A stretch of 63,319 nt of DNA, filler included, from Guillardia theta CCMP2712 (GCF_000315625.1; 5 parts of 5 records of this genome joined end to end with filler, not necessarily neighbours in it), one strand, 5' to 3'; counted from the first letter of the whole stretch, positions 25,904 through 39,709 are shown. Program-made: numbers and translations. Notes: generated by a model not told the origin, from the sequence alone.

Positions 25904-27640
25904 ATGGCGCCGATGCGGCTGACAGTTTTCTTAACCGCGATGTTGGTGGTGGTGACGGCGTCGCATGGCAGAGGAGGAGGAGGAGGCGAAAACTCTGTTG
26001 ACATGCGAGGAGGAAGAGTTGACGCAGCCCATGGAAGAGGAGGACGGGCTCATGCGCGAAGAGACAGTCTTGAAGTTCCAAACATGGGCCGAGGGCAAAG
26101 GGGCGTAGGAGCGCATGAGAAGCGGAGGCAAGCTCGATCCAAGGCACACAGGGGATAGATCGAGCACTGGACTCCGAGCAGGGAAACAAGAACTCTGCAG
26201 CCATTCGGTTCCTGGAGCACTCCTGCCCTCTGGCATCACTGGCTTGTGTGTGGTGATCGATGAGGGTACGAGCATGTGCAGTGGTCAGGTGATGATGGAG
26301 GTGAAGTTAGCTGGCGACGAAGGAGCTGTCATCTTTAACAAGCCTCTTGACGTGTCCGAGCTCCAGACCTGTGCGACCGCACAGGAGATGCAAGAAGCTC
26401 CAATCATCGTCCACACGTGCTCGAACAACGCGAAGATCTGTGTGGACTTCATGAGAGATGGGCAGAACACTCTTGGTGAGCTGTAGGTGGAGGGTGGCGA
26501 TGATAGCTTGAGGAGCTGATTTCGAACGACATCATCCTTTGCTGCACCGTGTTGTCTCCACACTGCCCACAGAGATTTCTGAAAGATATTGCTGATGTCT
26601 GCAACAACATTGCTGGCAGACTGCAATCACTCTTTGTGACTCTTTGTGCAGCAATCAGCCAAGAGTCTGTCTCTGGGTGTCCAACAATCTACGTCGTCGA
26701 CTGTGCACTGGGCCCCAACGGGAGTTTCCCGCTTCCACCTCTGCCCTTCGAGCTCGAATGTAAACATGATCCTGCTTATTAACGCACGACTGATCTGAGA
26801 CCGGCAGGCTTCTCTTTCGGCGATGATTGCTCCAAGTATTCAGACTGTGGATCCTGCATCAAGAATGGATGTTAGCATCTCTTTCTGCCAGTGTTGGGAG
26901 GATTCAGACGTTCTGTCTCGGTGCAGGTGGCTGGTGCTCAGCTGGGTACTCGAATCAACATTCCTGCAAACCCGGCAATGCTGCTGGCGCGCTGTGCAAC
27001 GGTAGGAACGCATGGCCCCGATGCGAAGGTCTGAAGTTTTGATTTCAAGACTGCGGGGTTCCAAATTGCAACTGTGACTGGAACTTTGGGAAGTGCCCTG
27101 TGCCAGAAGTAGATATGGAGGCAAACGACGCCAAGATGTAAACGAGGCGGCCTACTGCTCCCTGCCCTCTCCTGACACACTTCTCAAGGAACCAGACGAT
27201 CTGGAAGCTCAACATGACGACTGAAAGGTCCGTGAGTGACGGCGCGTGCCGTGGCCCTGATCTGAATCGTTGCAGCCTCCAGTCGATGAAGTCGGATGTG
27301 GTCGACGGACAGCTGGACTTGGATGGCCGGCAGTATGACTGCCTCGCTACATCAACCATCGCGCGCGACTCCTCCTCTCAGACTGCGGTATTTTGCAACA
27401 ATCCTCTTGCTTTGAGGAGGTCGTGATGCTCGATGCTGCAGATCCTTGTCGTGCTTGCCATCGTCACTGCCCTCGTCGGCGGCTGTGCCGGGTATATGAG
27501 CAAGAGGCGATTTATGGTTCGCTGATTTCTGTCCTGCAGAATCGCCTTCGGAAAGGCTGGCTACTGGGATCTTGTTTTTAGGAGAAGGTTTGGATCGGGG
27601 GGTGAAGCTGGCAGCTGACGAGTGCGACAGGGGGGATGAC
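25904..27640 (+). CDS. multi-exon hypothetical secreted/membrane protein (approximate)
   Basis: Signal-peptide-like MAPMRLTVFLTAMLVVVTASHG, several Cys-containing exons and a late hydrophobic segment. Confidence 0.4.
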
Positions 27641-27915
27641 GAGGGCCCGATGATATCTAGGGACGCCACAGGCTCCTACGTCCCTCCAGACATCTGATTG
27701 AGTTGTCTGACGACCTTTGCAAGAGTTCGGCTTGAATCTTGGTGTGCAACAGAATGTTTCTAGTAGAGATGCCTGAAAGTGAAATGATGGTGCGAGTGGT
27801 TTGGGACGGGGCTTCCCTTGCGTCCCCTGCCGCAGCATTTCACTGTGTGAAAGATATTGATAAACAAACGTGAAGCAAAAATTCAGCCGGTTCCCCTCCT
27901 CCCTTGGCAGGATCT

Positions 27916-28343
27916 TTACAGCTTCGCAGAGATGGGCTTGTGGTGCTGGTACCAATGGTTGCAGATGTCGATCCTCCTGCAGATCCAGACCTGTCACTCG
28001 TCTCAGCGCCGCACCGCAAGCACCGTCACACCCTTGACCTTCTCCTTGGACTTGATGTAGTCGAGGAACTTGGCGAGACCGAGAGCCCTTCCAGGACGTC
28101 CGATGACGCGGCAGTGGAGGCCGACAGACATCATCTTCGGGCTCTACCTCGCGCGGTTACAAGCAAGAAGATAGCAGCATATTTGTCAGACTGACCTTCT
28201 CTCCTTCCGCATAGAGGACGTCGAAGGCATCCTGGGGAGGAGGCAGAGGAGTTGAGAAGTATGAGAGGAGGATCAGAGTCTACGAGCACCTTGAGGTAGT
28301 TGAAGAAGCGATCTCCCTCCAGTGCTTGAGAAAACCTCATGTC
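27916..28343 (-). CDS. puuE: PuuE-type allantoinase / polysaccharide deacetylase family, C-terminal exons only
   Basis: Spliced exons read DMRFSQALEGDRFFNYLK / DAFDVLYAEGE / SPKMMSVGLHCRVIGRPGRALGLAKFLDYIKSKEK / VWICRRIDICNHWYQHHKPISAKL*, matching the PuuE C-terminal motifs. Confidence 0.85.
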
Positions 28344-28577
28344 CTGCCATCGGGTTAGAAGCCTCTCCATCTCCCTTCCTCCTCCCCCTCTCCCTTTCCC
28401 TCCCCCCGCAGCATCAACCCGTCGACCAGGACACTTCGTGTCGTTGCCTCCTTGCTTGTAACCGCGCGAGGTAGAGCCCGAAGATGATGTCTGTCGGCCT
28501 CCACTGCCGCGTCATCGGACGTCCTGGAAGGGCTCTCGGTCTCGCCAAGTTCCTCGACTACATCAAGTCCAAGGAGA
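28041..28577. repeat. 127-bp perfect inverted repeat (28041-28167 / 28451-28577)
   Basis: The right arm is the reverse complement of a puuE exon region and runs into the gap. Confidence 0.9.
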
Positions 28578-28677
28578 NNNNNNNNNNNNNNNNNNNNNNN
28601 NNNNNNNNNNNNNNNNNNNNNTTAATTAATTAANNNNNNNNNNNNNNNNNNNNNNNNNNNNNNNNNNNNNNNNNNNN
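28578..28677. other. artificial assembly gap/linker
   Basis: N-run with TTAATTAATTAA. Confidence 0.97.
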
Positions 28678-28944
28678 TCGTCGGCGTCGTCCAGAGACGC
28701 CCATACTCGCAGAGATACTGCCGTTGTTCGGCTTCAGAAGCGTCACTTGAGAAGAGAGAAGAGAGAAGAGAGAAGAGAGAAGAGAGAAGAGAGAAGAGAG
28801 AAGAGAGGTGAAGAAGGAAGAGGAACAGAACAAGGAAATAAAGCAGGGGCAGGAAGAAGAAGATTACTATGATAGCAGGAGCAGGCGGAGAGTGAGGAGG
28901 GGGAAGGAAGAGGTAGGTTAGAGACGAGCAGGGGAGGAAAGCTT

Positions 28945-30844
28945 TACATGCTCCTCCTGCATTTGCTGCGATCACAGCAAGACCTCCGAGAAGCCGACGA
29001 GTCTCCTGGTGAAGGTGAGGAGGAGGAACGGAAGGACGTCTGTTGCTGACCTTCTCGTTGGGAGGAAGGAGTTTTCCGAGGACAGAGCACATGACGATTG
29101 TGGTCGTGAGGTTGTCAAGGACTGAAGGCAGATGGGATAAACATCAGAGTGTACATGGAGAGAAAGGAGAAGTTGATGTGAATGATAAAGAACAAGAGGA
29201 TCAGCAATCAAAGAATGGAGAAAATACTATGAGCAGAACGATTGGGTTGAGGAGAAGAAAGTGAAACGAACAATATTGTGATGTAGATGGAGATGGAGAT
29301 GGAGATGGAGATGGAGATGGAGATGGAGATGGAGATGGAGATGGAGGTGGAGAGATGGATGTGATGAGGTCGGAATCGTTGTTGTCACCTGAGCTCATGA
29401 AGAATGTGACGAAAGAAACAATCACAGCAAGGAGGCGCTTGTCGTTGGTTTGAATCTTCTCGGTAACGATGGAGAAACCTGATCGGGCGCTGAGCAGAGA
29501 AGAACAAACAGGCGGAGGGAGAGGAGAGAAGGAGGAAAGAAGACGAGACGAGGCGGAGAGTATTTGAGCGTAGAGGAGATTAGAGAAGGCAAGTAAGAGA
29601 AGAAGAGGAGAGAGGAGGTGGGGGGACTGCATGGAACCTTTGTGCGCATCAATTGTCTCTACGATCGTCATTGCTCCTGTTCAAACGCAATATCAGAACA
29701 AGCGAAAGGAGAAGAGAAGGAGAGCAGAGAAGAAAACTTCATGGCATAATGGAGGGCGACGAGAATGGAAGAGGAAAGGAACAAAGAAGCGACCGATGAG
29801 GAAGAAAACAATCTGACTGACGCCGCTGAATGATTCCGAAAGAGCTTTCAAAACCTCAACACAATGTCAACTCAACACCTCAGCTTCACTTGCAGGCATC
29901 CAAATCATCATCACACAGGTCATCATCATCGTTTGTCTCTTCTGTTTCCTCTCGTTCTTCTCTCATTTCCACCACTTTCCTCCTTTACCTGCTCGCTGCC
30001 GAGGCCTGTCGCGTGCCCCACAAGGCACCAGCACATCATCCTGGTGTTCGCGTCACTAGCCAGCAACTCACGCACGTCAAGACCCCATGGCGATGGCAAT
30101 GGCGCTCTTGTTGACGTCGAGCGTCTCCTCGAAGATGATGGACAAGTAGCCGACGACGAAGGTGAGGACGAGCGGGAGAGAGGCTGCGGTCTAGTCACCT
30201 TCCTCCTCTCCTCCTCTCTTTCACCTGGAACGGCTTGGGAGCTGCACAATGCGAAGATGGCGGCGAGGAAGACTGACACAGTAGCCAACATGGGAGCAAC
30301 ATCCTACCACCCGTGTGAGCAGACCTTCACTCGCACAAACGCGTCTTCCTGCCTCTGCCCCTTCCTCTGCTCTGGATCAAACATACCGGGATCACGGATC
30401 GCTGGTTCAAGATAGCCTCATCCTCGGGAAAGCCTTTGAAGCGCTTGGCCGCGGATCTCCCGAGGTCTACGAGCTGGAGGAGCATGAGGGAAGGACGAGG
30501 CCGACGCTCTTACCGCTCGCTCCTCGCCACCATCAGAGCGACTGATGTCCGGGGGTGAGCTATCGGAGTTGGAAGAGCGAAGGGTCGAGCGTCTTCGATG
30601 CATCCATGGGGGGGAGAGAAGGGGAAGGTGAGAGGAGGGAGCAAGAGGGGCATGCAGAGGATTCTGAGATGAGCATGTCAATCATTCTTCCATGCCTTGA
30701 AGCACACACCGATCTATGGGAGATGCTGACAGCCTTGGTTGGGGTGGCATGAAAGCTGATGATCTGAAACGCGTTGCATGAAGTCGAGCTAGAGCTCAGC
30801 AGCGATAGGACGAAGAGAAGCCGACGCGACTGTGGTCTCGCCAT
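28945..30844 (-). CDS. nhaD: NhaD-type Na+/H+ antiporter, plastid-targeted (N-terminal half; 3' part not seen)
   Basis: Exons read FVVGYLSIIFEETLDVNKSAIAIAMG, IVFFLIG..MTIVETIDAHKG, DNLTTTIVMCSVL and VIAANAGGA. The N-terminus is a signal peptide ending SCNA|FQ (bipartite plastid leader). Confidence 0.85.
29287..29346. repeat. (GATGGA)n microsatellite in intron
   Basis: Directly visible. Confidence 0.9.
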
Positions 30845-30961
30845 ACTCGACCTCTCCATGAACGATACCCAACAACCTCCAGCCTGCTCAAAGTCTCTCA
30901 CGCTCCTCTCACCTGGTGATATATTCATTTAGTAAGGCAAAGCCTCTGTACCTCATGCTCC

Positions 30962-31110
30962 CTCCCTCGCTCCCTCGCTCCCTCGCTCCCTCGCTCCCTC
31001 GCTCCCTCGCTCCCTCGCTCCCTCGCTCCCTCGCTCCCTCGCTCCCTCGCTCCCTCGCTCCCTCGCTCCCTCGCTCCCTCGCTCCCTCTCCCTCTCCCTC
31101 TCCCTCTCCC
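30962..31110. repeat. (CTCCCTCG)n octamer repeat followed by (CTCTCC)n
   Basis: Directly visible upstream of nhaD. Confidence 0.9.
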
Positions 31111-31431
31111 TCATTTTCTCTCGAATCTTGTTTGTATGTTCCCCATCATATTCTGGTGCCCTCATCCCCCTCCGAAGGCAGACTGAGGCTGAGCCGACAG
31201 CTGAGCCGAGCCACCTGCTGAGCCACCTGCTGAGCCACCTGCTGAGCCACAGCTGAGCCGCGCTTCAAGCCTTGACTGAGTGCCAGTGACTGCTCGGACT
31301 CGCTGAGTCGGTGGACATGCAGGTCGAGCCAACGAGAGAGACAAGGCAGGGGACGGAGAAGGAGCGGGAGACATTCACATACGACTTAAGTGTTACAAGC
31401 GGCTAAGGAGAAGCGTGCAGTGCAGACTCGC

Positions 31432-34400
31432 TCATTCCAGGCTCCTGACTGACTTGCGGCCCCTGCTCGGCGGCCGCAGCTTCGTACTCTCTACATCGCT
31501 CGTCCCATCCTCGCGCGAACTCTGAGTAGACGTTGAGGTGGTGGAGCAGGTGGGCGTGCTTGTCGCGCCCCAGGAAGACAGAGACAACGCCAAGGCCGTT
31601 GAGGAGGAAGAGAGCAGCTTTCTTGTGCAGCAGAGGAGGCGTATCCTCTCCGATGTCCTAGTTTTCTCGTCATTTTCAGGCTCGCGTGCGGCACACATCC
31701 TTCACCTCCCAGCGGTTTCCTCCTCCCTTGAGTTGATAGCGATACCTTGTCTTCCCATGCTCAACCTATACGTGTTCAAGCCGCGCTCAGCTCCACAGCC
31801 TCTGCATCCTGCAGCTCTCTACCTGCACCGCGTTGACGCGCTTGACGAGGTTGTCGCTGGTGGGCGCACTCTTCTCGCAGCTCAACTCCTTCTCCTTATA
31901 ACCCCATCGCCACATCTGCACAGGACAATCACAAGCAGCAGCTCAGCCTTCTTCCGTCACGTGCTCCTTGAGATCGTTCATCCATGGGTGGAGGAAGAAG
32001 CCGTCAGGAAAGGCTGTGCGCAGAAACGAGAGGAGCAGGTCCCTGTCAGAGCACCTCAGTCTGGTCGGGTAGACTGCTCCTCCTCCTCACTTGAACTTCT
32101 GATCCAGCGTGAGATTCCCCACCCATCGCATCTGAGCAGTCGAGTCACTTCCTGCCTTGAAGACGCTGTCCCTCTACCTCCCGGTTGTCGAAGAGGATGG
32201 CGAACTGAAGATCCTTCCTGGGAGACGACGAGGATACATCCTGCTTGACTCCTACGATAGCCTGCCTGCCACGTCAGCAACGAGCGAAGGAGAGATGGAG
32301 AGGAGGCCTGAGGCTGCGGGCAGGAGGGGCTCATGTTCATCCTCAGGATGCTGATGGGGCTGAAGTTCAAGTGAGTTCTGCTCTAGTTCTGCTCTAGTCG
32401 TCGCACACCTTCCTGCCTCCCCCTCGCTCAGATCGATCTGCCAGCTTGCCGTTCGCAGGTTCTCCAGGTACGTCCCGTCCTCGTATGAGACTTCGTGCAC
32501 GGGTCCAATGTGCCCATGGCTGTAGGAGGCGTCAAAAGTGCGGAAACGCAACGCAACGACACAAGGTACGAAGAGGAGGAGGCAGAAGGGGAGGGGATGG
32601 GGCGGAGGTGTGAGAGTGTGGGGGGAAGGTGTGTGGTTATAGGGAGAAAGAGGGAGAGGGAGGGGTTCTGGCAAGAGAGTGGGTAAGGATAAGAGAGGTA
32701 CCTATCACTAGCATTGAGGCTCTTGTCGTATGACTTGACTATGCCTTCATACCATTTCTCATCGTCATCCCAATACACCTGTCAGCTCCCGTCATTCTCT
32801 CCTGCCTCTTCCCCCCCCCGCTCTCTCGCTCTTCTACTCTGCACGCTCAAAAGTTTCTCCTCCCTCCCCCCTCGTCACCACTGACTGACCCGAATTCTCC
32901 GGCCGACCAGCCACCTGCCGTCCTTGAGCCACTCGCCATGCGGCGTCTGCCACTGCGGCTCATGGACGCCACTGGGCGCCGCTTTACAGGACAGTCAAGA
33001 GCTGGGCAAGGAGCAGGAGGGTGCACCTGTACGAGCAGAAGACTTCTTGCCTGAGGCCCTGGACCTCTTGAGCTTCTGCGTGGACGCGACCAAGTTCGCC
33101 TCCTCATTCGCTCTCTCCCACTTGAGAGACTTTAAAACCTTGCGACGTTCTCAGCAACTCATGGAGGCCAGGGTGCGAGAGAAGAGAAGATGAGAGGAGG
33201 GCGACGATTCAAGTCGAACCTCTGAGCCATTCACGAGAGATATGAATTTTGTCTTCATTGCCGCCGCTTGCTTCACTACGGCATCTCCAGGCTTGTTGTA
33301 GAGCACAGCATTGTCCAGCATGTGAAGGACATCTTCAAGTACCTGTATGGCATGGTCAACGATCACATCGAGTGAGAGAAAGCAGCAACCTCGAGAGGAG
33401 ACGAATAGAGATTGTGCTCAAGATTTGAGTCAATGGTCCCCAGATCCATCGGGCTCTTGACAACGTTGAAGTAATCTGTTGGGAGTCTAAGCCTCTTCTC
33501 CTCCTCTTTTCCTTGTCCCTCTGTGCTCCACTCTCCTCACCTAATATTCCCATCTCAACAGGGTCCACTGGTTCCAAGAAAGGATCAGCAGTTTCCTGGC
33601 GCGTCAATCGGCCAAGAAGTTTCAGAAGAGCATTGTGGCATTCTTCATTCATCGCCTCCTGCTAAAGGTATGTCAGATGAGTAGCCAATAAATCAAAGAA
33701 ACATCAGTAATTTGGCTGAGAGTAAGCATGTTTGTTTGCTACATCCTTGTCATCGCATCTTCTAGTAAGGAACTAAACAGTATTTTGATTACTTTGCTGT
33801 CTTGCCGCGCTGGCATTCCTTCTTCGGAGTCAAACTGCCAGAACTCAGGTCCCAGCTGCCTGGTTTGCGTCTTCGTCTCCAGCTGAGTACAGATGCTCAT
33901 TACCCACAACCCTCGCTCCTCCTCACCTCACCGCAAACTCAATCTCGTGCCGGCCGTCGGGCTCACATGCGACAACCTTTCCTTCCTTCCAGCAGAGATC
34001 CTGCTGTACCGTCAGCCCCAGCAGCTCCCCGGCTAGTCTGACACCTCGAAGCAGAACATTCGCATCCTTCTGCCCGCCATCCAACTACCCCCTATTCGCT
34101 GATTCCGCAGAGGGGTCATCCATCTCCTCCTCGACACTCCGAGGTCTGATGTTCTCTTGCCCTTGCCCTGTCGATCCGGTCAGACGGGTGAGAAGTGAAG
34201 AGCAGAGGTGGTGCCGAGCTGGACTCTACTCACATGTCTCCCTCCCAGGGATGCAGAAGGGGCAGCATGAAACATTCGCTCGTCCTCCCCCCGGAGCTCT
34301 CGATGTCTATCTTGTTCTTTACTTCTCTTCTTCCTTCAGGTTTGTAATCAGCATGAGCAGCTGACAAACAGCTAAGAGAGAACCTTCCTCGCTTCTTGAC

Positions 34401-36916
34401 CTGGTCATCCCGAGGCGATCTTTGCCCAAGGACCGGAACACGTCAAAGAGCAACAACAGAGATCGAAGAGAAGGCGCTGCGAGAAATGCGTTGCGCAGGG
34501 GTAGCAGCAGGACAGGGGCAGGAATATGGGTAGGGGCTTACAAATGCTGTCTATTGTCTCCCAGTGCTTCCGACGAGATGCGATCTAAACGGCTTTGGAA
34601 AATTGAGAAGTGAGAAGGAGGAGGAGGAGGAGGAGGAGGAGGAGGAGGAGGAGGATACAGCTTTACCTGCTCCCCCCCTCAAATATGTCAGAGTGTTGGT
34701 GAAGATCCTGACTGCTTCCCCGCGAGAGAAATTTGACTCCGCAGTCTCGCGCCTATTGGGCTCGTCAGCATCAGTCGACCAACGGAGAGAGAACGTGACG
34801 TCATCGAGGAAGAAGCCGTCATTGTCAAAGATCATGTGCCGCAGCTGAATCTGTTCACCGTCATCGAAACGAACCTCGTAGCTGTGGAGCTCGTCACAGA
34901 TTATTGGGGAATGGGAGGCAGAAGAAAATCACTTGGATGTGGTGCTGTCGTAGCCGACTATCACGCCCCCATACCAGTCATACTCATCAAATTTCGCTCT
35001 CACGCGCCGCCCGTTGGTCAGCTGTATTGACATCGTCGGACTGAGCAGAGGAGAACAGGGGCACCGAGGCGAGAAGATAATCGTAGAGGTAGCACGTGAA
35101 GCCGCAGATCGGGGGAAGGAGACGAGGAAAACAACAGGAGAGCAAGAGAGGGGGGCAGAGGTGTACAAATCGAAATGGATGAGGAGAGAAGGAATTTGTG
35201 TAACAACAGTGAAAATGCCGATCACCTTTAATCTTCCGTATCCGGACAGGAGAGTCTCGTAATGCGCAAGGGTCATGGTTGATCCAGAGACGATGAGCTT
35301 GGTGTGAGGGCTGCACGGCACCAATCAAAAGAAAGAAATAGAGGTGGCAAAAAGGCAAATGAATGAACGCCAAACGGTCAACAAACATACTCACTTAACG
35401 TCATCGTGATCCCCAATGAAGTCTGTCATAGTCATACACTTGTCCGTATATTTGATGAATAGGTCATCATCGATCATCACGATCTCGCCCTGCAAATGGC
35501 AACTATCACACTTGCCCAGAAAAGAGTCAAAGAGATCGCATTGAAAAGAATTCTTCGGATCATCAGAACGATCGTCATAACAATCAAACCTTCATACCTC
35601 TTTTTTGCTCTTTTTGCACGACACCTTCAACCCGTGCAATGACTCTTTGATCTGGGCATTTCATCCGGCTCAACTTTCTTTTGCAGCACAAAGATCAACG
35701 GACCAATCTCCTTCTTTCTTGCAAGATGTCTTCAGCTCTCTTGAGGTTTCTTGCACAAGCTGGAATACAGTCTTGTCTCCCTTCCTCGGCTTTCTCTGGT
35801 TTGATCTCTACATGCACTTCAGTCGTCTTTTGACTTCGAGATTTTCTTTGATAAAATTCTCCTCCATCTAGAAATTTGATGATTTTCTGTCACTAGATTA
35901 GAAGTTTTGAAAGCAAGCACGTCGTGCTCACATCTGATAAGTCTTTAGCAACTCGTGTACCCGGTCTATCGAGGTACTCTATCTCATGCAGACCTGTCTG
36001 TAGGAAGTAAGCAGACACCTGAAAGTCATCGCGATCAGGCACAGAGCTCTCAAACATGTCAACAAGCTACTTTGACGTTTCTCCAGCAATCGGGCGCCGT
36101 GTCTTCGAGAATCTGCGACAAGTCAACGAGCTTCAGGACATCTGCGGCTGCTCTCGTCACTTGGATGCGATGCCCTACGAGGGGGTCCGAAGACCCAGAT
36201 TCTCTCGGCTGCGATGCTCCAGGTGACTTGTTGCCGCTGATCCGCAAGGGCAGAAGAGCTTCAACTTGCTCCTGCTGTGCGTCTGATCCAGGCGATGGGC
36301 GATAAAGCATAGTGTCCTGGTTAGTCCCCTTTGCAGGCAAAGGATCTTCCAGCTGCTCAACACCCGATGCCTCGTGTGCTCCCTCGCTTGTCCTCCCTGC
36401 CGCAGCCCTGGCGGAGGAGTCATCCCGTCGACACTTTACCGAATGATCTTCGTTGACAGAAGAATCATCCTCTCGAGATCTCTTCCTCCACCCAGAGCTC
36501 TGCGATGCAACGCTGTCGGCCTCGCTCTTCGACGGCTCGCCAACACAGTCGTCATCCATGTAAGTTTCGGCGGCATCTTGATCTGGCGCTTGCAAGCTTG
36601 AATGTTGTGAAGGATTTGATGGCTCGTGCTCTTGTTCGCTGTTGCTGCTGCTCAGGTTTCGAGCACCCACCTGCTCTGATGTATGCTGTGCGTAACCTCT
36701 GTCTTGCTTGTTGTTATCCTTTTCTTGAAAACGAGAATCGTTGAAATATGCTGTTTCTTCTTGCACGCAGATTTGGACATCGTTGTCTTCGTCGTCGGAG
36801 ATGACCACTTGTTCGATACCATCTTGTGAGTTGGCCGTTTCATGATCATTTCGCTCCTCGTGGTCGTCGATGTTCATTTCGTCTTCCTTAATAAACTGAG
36901 ACAGAATCACATCCAT
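31432..36916 (-). CDS. large multi-exon chromatin reader with Tudor-like domains and a bromodomain (3' end approximate)
   Basis: Tudor-like GRRVRAKFDEYDWYGGVIVGYD and YWDDDEKWYEGIVKSYD. Bromodomain ADPFLEPVDP..DYFNVVKSPMDLGTI..MLDNAVLYNKPG. Confidence 0.75.
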
Positions 36917-36980
36917 GGATCGCAGAAGCGGGCAAGGGTATCAACGTATCATCCTAGTTTTGCTATTCCACGTCTAGTAG

Positions 36981-37178
36981 ACCCTCTCCTCAACTATCTC
37001 TTCGCTGTCTCTCCTCTAAACCCTCTCCTCAACTATCTCTTCGCTGTCTCTCCTCTAAACCCTCTCCTCAACTATCTCCTCGCTGTCTCTCCTCTAAACC
37101 CTCTCCTCAACTATCTCTTCGCTGTCTCTCCTCTAAACCCTCTCCTCAACTATCTCTTCGCTGTCTATCCTCTAAACC
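36981..37178. repeat. 39-bp minisatellite x5 between divergent genes
   Basis: Unit ACCCTCTCCTCAACTATCTCTTCGCTGTCTCTCCTCTAA; near-identical copies with no spacers. Confidence 0.93.
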
Positions 37179-37323
37179 TTCAGCTACCTCGCTGTTCCTT
37201 CCCCCTTCCCTCATGCCGCTGCTCCTGTCACCATCTCCAAGATGCCTGATGCGGGCCTTTGCCGGTTACTTGTATGTTTACTCAATATTTTGGGAAGTGC
37301 CTAGGAAGGTCCAGGGCAGCAAG

Positions 37324-39600
37324 ATGGAAATAGAGCAAAGAGGAAGGTCCCACCCTGAAGCCAGGGCGCCCGACATGCTGTATGGGGCAGCATGTCGGCA
37401 GCCGGAGCCTGAGACGAGGGGAGGCGACGGCGGCGAGCGAGGGTGGACCAAGTTGACAGAGTCAGAGCAACTTGAACGCTTTCTCTCAGCATCTAAGAAC
37501 GAGCTGGGGATGGACAGGAGAGCGGGTATGGCGTGGTATCGTGCGTCAGGTGTGATGAGGAGATCAGCATTTGAACGTTATGAACTTGTCAAGGAAGCGG
37601 TTAGCAAGATGGACGAGAGAGCCGATGTAGAGACTCGTTTGATTGCAAGCTCGGCTTTGTTTCATTTCTACGATGAAGATCAAGACGGCAGGCTTTCTAG
37701 GAACGAGATTGCAGCATTCATGCGTGACATGTGTAGAGGAGAGGATCATGTGATTTGGTGCATGGATGCTATTGGGCTCGGTGAGTGTTCGGAACTCACG
37801 GAGGAAGCATTCTTGCGGCTGATCTCAGACAAAAGGAAGATGCAATCAGTCGGCCTAAGAACGCGGAGCCTTCGTACGAGGCGTTTTCTGGGGAGCCACA
37901 GCAGACAACAGTCGGATTCTGAAGCGCTTCCTCCCAAGGTTGTGTTGGATCCTCGCCAGGTGCTAGCAAGCAATGACACTCACTGTCCTGATGTCACGTC
38001 GCTGTGGATTGGTCCGAGCGCTGTCAACAAGGAGTTCCTCCTCGACCCAACCTTGGAGAGCGAAGGAGACTGGAGGGGCTACATCGCTGCTCCTCGCGGG
38101 ACGATCGAGCACTCGATTGCCTCTGGGGTGGTCTCAAGGATGCAAAACCTGGCACTGAAGACGCGATGGCTCTCCGAAGACATCGGAGACGAAGAATGGG
38201 AGCGAAATGGTTCCCTTCTGTCCAGGATGTTTAAGGAGGACACCATTGAAGGACAAGCAGATCGCATCATGATCATTATGGGAGCTTGTAAAAACATCGT
38301 TGCCTTGCAACCGACACTCGTGCATGTACCTGCACCTTGCAAAGTCATCGGGGATCTCCATGGGCAGCTCAGAGACATGTTGTTGCTACTAAGTAGTTTC
38401 GGTTTCCCATCGCATTATGGGGGCGACATTGAGAGCACTGCTTACATCTTCAACGGTGATTGGGTGGATAGAGGATGCCATCAACTCGAAGTTGTCGTGC
38501 TTCTCTGTGCTCTCAAGATTCTTTATCCTCTCAAGATTTTTCTTGTTCGAGGAAACCACGAATTTCGAGCTCAAAATGAGTTCATGGGCAAGGTCGGTTT
38601 TCGGCAAGCCTGTATAACCGCATTGGGGGAGCAGGAGGGAGAGAATGTATATCACTCGGTACACGAAGTCTTCGATTGGCTTCCTCTGTCAGCTCTGATT
38701 GAAGATAGCATCCTCACGTTACATGGAGGACTAGGCGATGGAACATGGGGATTGAAAAACCTCGCTGACGACATCCCTCGGCCGTTGAGAAACGAGGTTT
38801 TCCAAGATTTGACTCTATTCCTTGATTGATGTAACGCAAACAGGCTCAAGGACCAGCATTTGTTACTCAAGTGGGAGGCTAAGGACCCAGCGATGAAAGA
38901 ACTGACCCGGTTTCAAAAGGTACTCTGGTCTGATCCGACTGACTCGGATGCTTTTATGGCTCATGGTGTGCATCCCAACCCTAGAGGTATGGAAGTTCTG
39001 ATGGAAGTTCTTCACATTCTATCTTGGCGGCTTATTATCCTTCCTCGTCATTGTCTCATGTGTTCCACCCGTTCCAGGTTCACACATACAAACATTTGGT
39101 CAAGACATCACACATAAATTTTGTTTGAGAGAAGGAGTTCAGGTGTCATTCGTGCCAGACCCAAGCAAGCACCTCACGACCATGCACAGTGCATCATACG
39201 GTCTCATCAATGTGTAAAGGATGGATACAAGATCATGCATGGCGGGTAAGAACGGTTTGTAATTTCCCTGTCGTTGATGTTCTTCGCAGACGTTTGATCA
39301 CCTTGTTCTCAGCGAGAAATTATGCCTCTGCTGTGTGTAATTCTGCAAAGATTGGGCAGGGGGTGATGACGATGACAGGAATCGAACGACGGAGCGCTTC
39401 TCCTAGTGGCGTACGACGATAACGTACGACTGTTTGCTTCCTGCCGTCGGCTCAATTAGCAATTGCTAGGGACATTTGCGAATACGTCCGAAGCGACTGC
39501 AGCATTCGAGCTTTGTCTGCGAGGGTGAAGTTTACGGCCCCGTGCGCTCAAGTGACTGACACGCTTTTCCCACCATCTGCAGATCCGAGTGCATCATAAG
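37324..39600 (+). CDS. PPP-family Ser/Thr protein phosphatase with N-terminal EF-hand (3' end approximate)
   Basis: Motifs GDLHGQ, GDWVDRG, RGNHE, HGG, LWSDP, IRSHQ and TLFSARNY. EF-hand loop DEDQDGRLSRNE. Confidence 0.9.
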
Positions 39601-39709
39601 CACATTGCGAGGCTACCCAAGTTCTACCCCAATAAGGTATATTCTAGTCTCTGTGTGAACAAGATGCATGTAGCCCCTAGACTAATTTTTCCAAAGACAT
39701 TGCAAGCCT

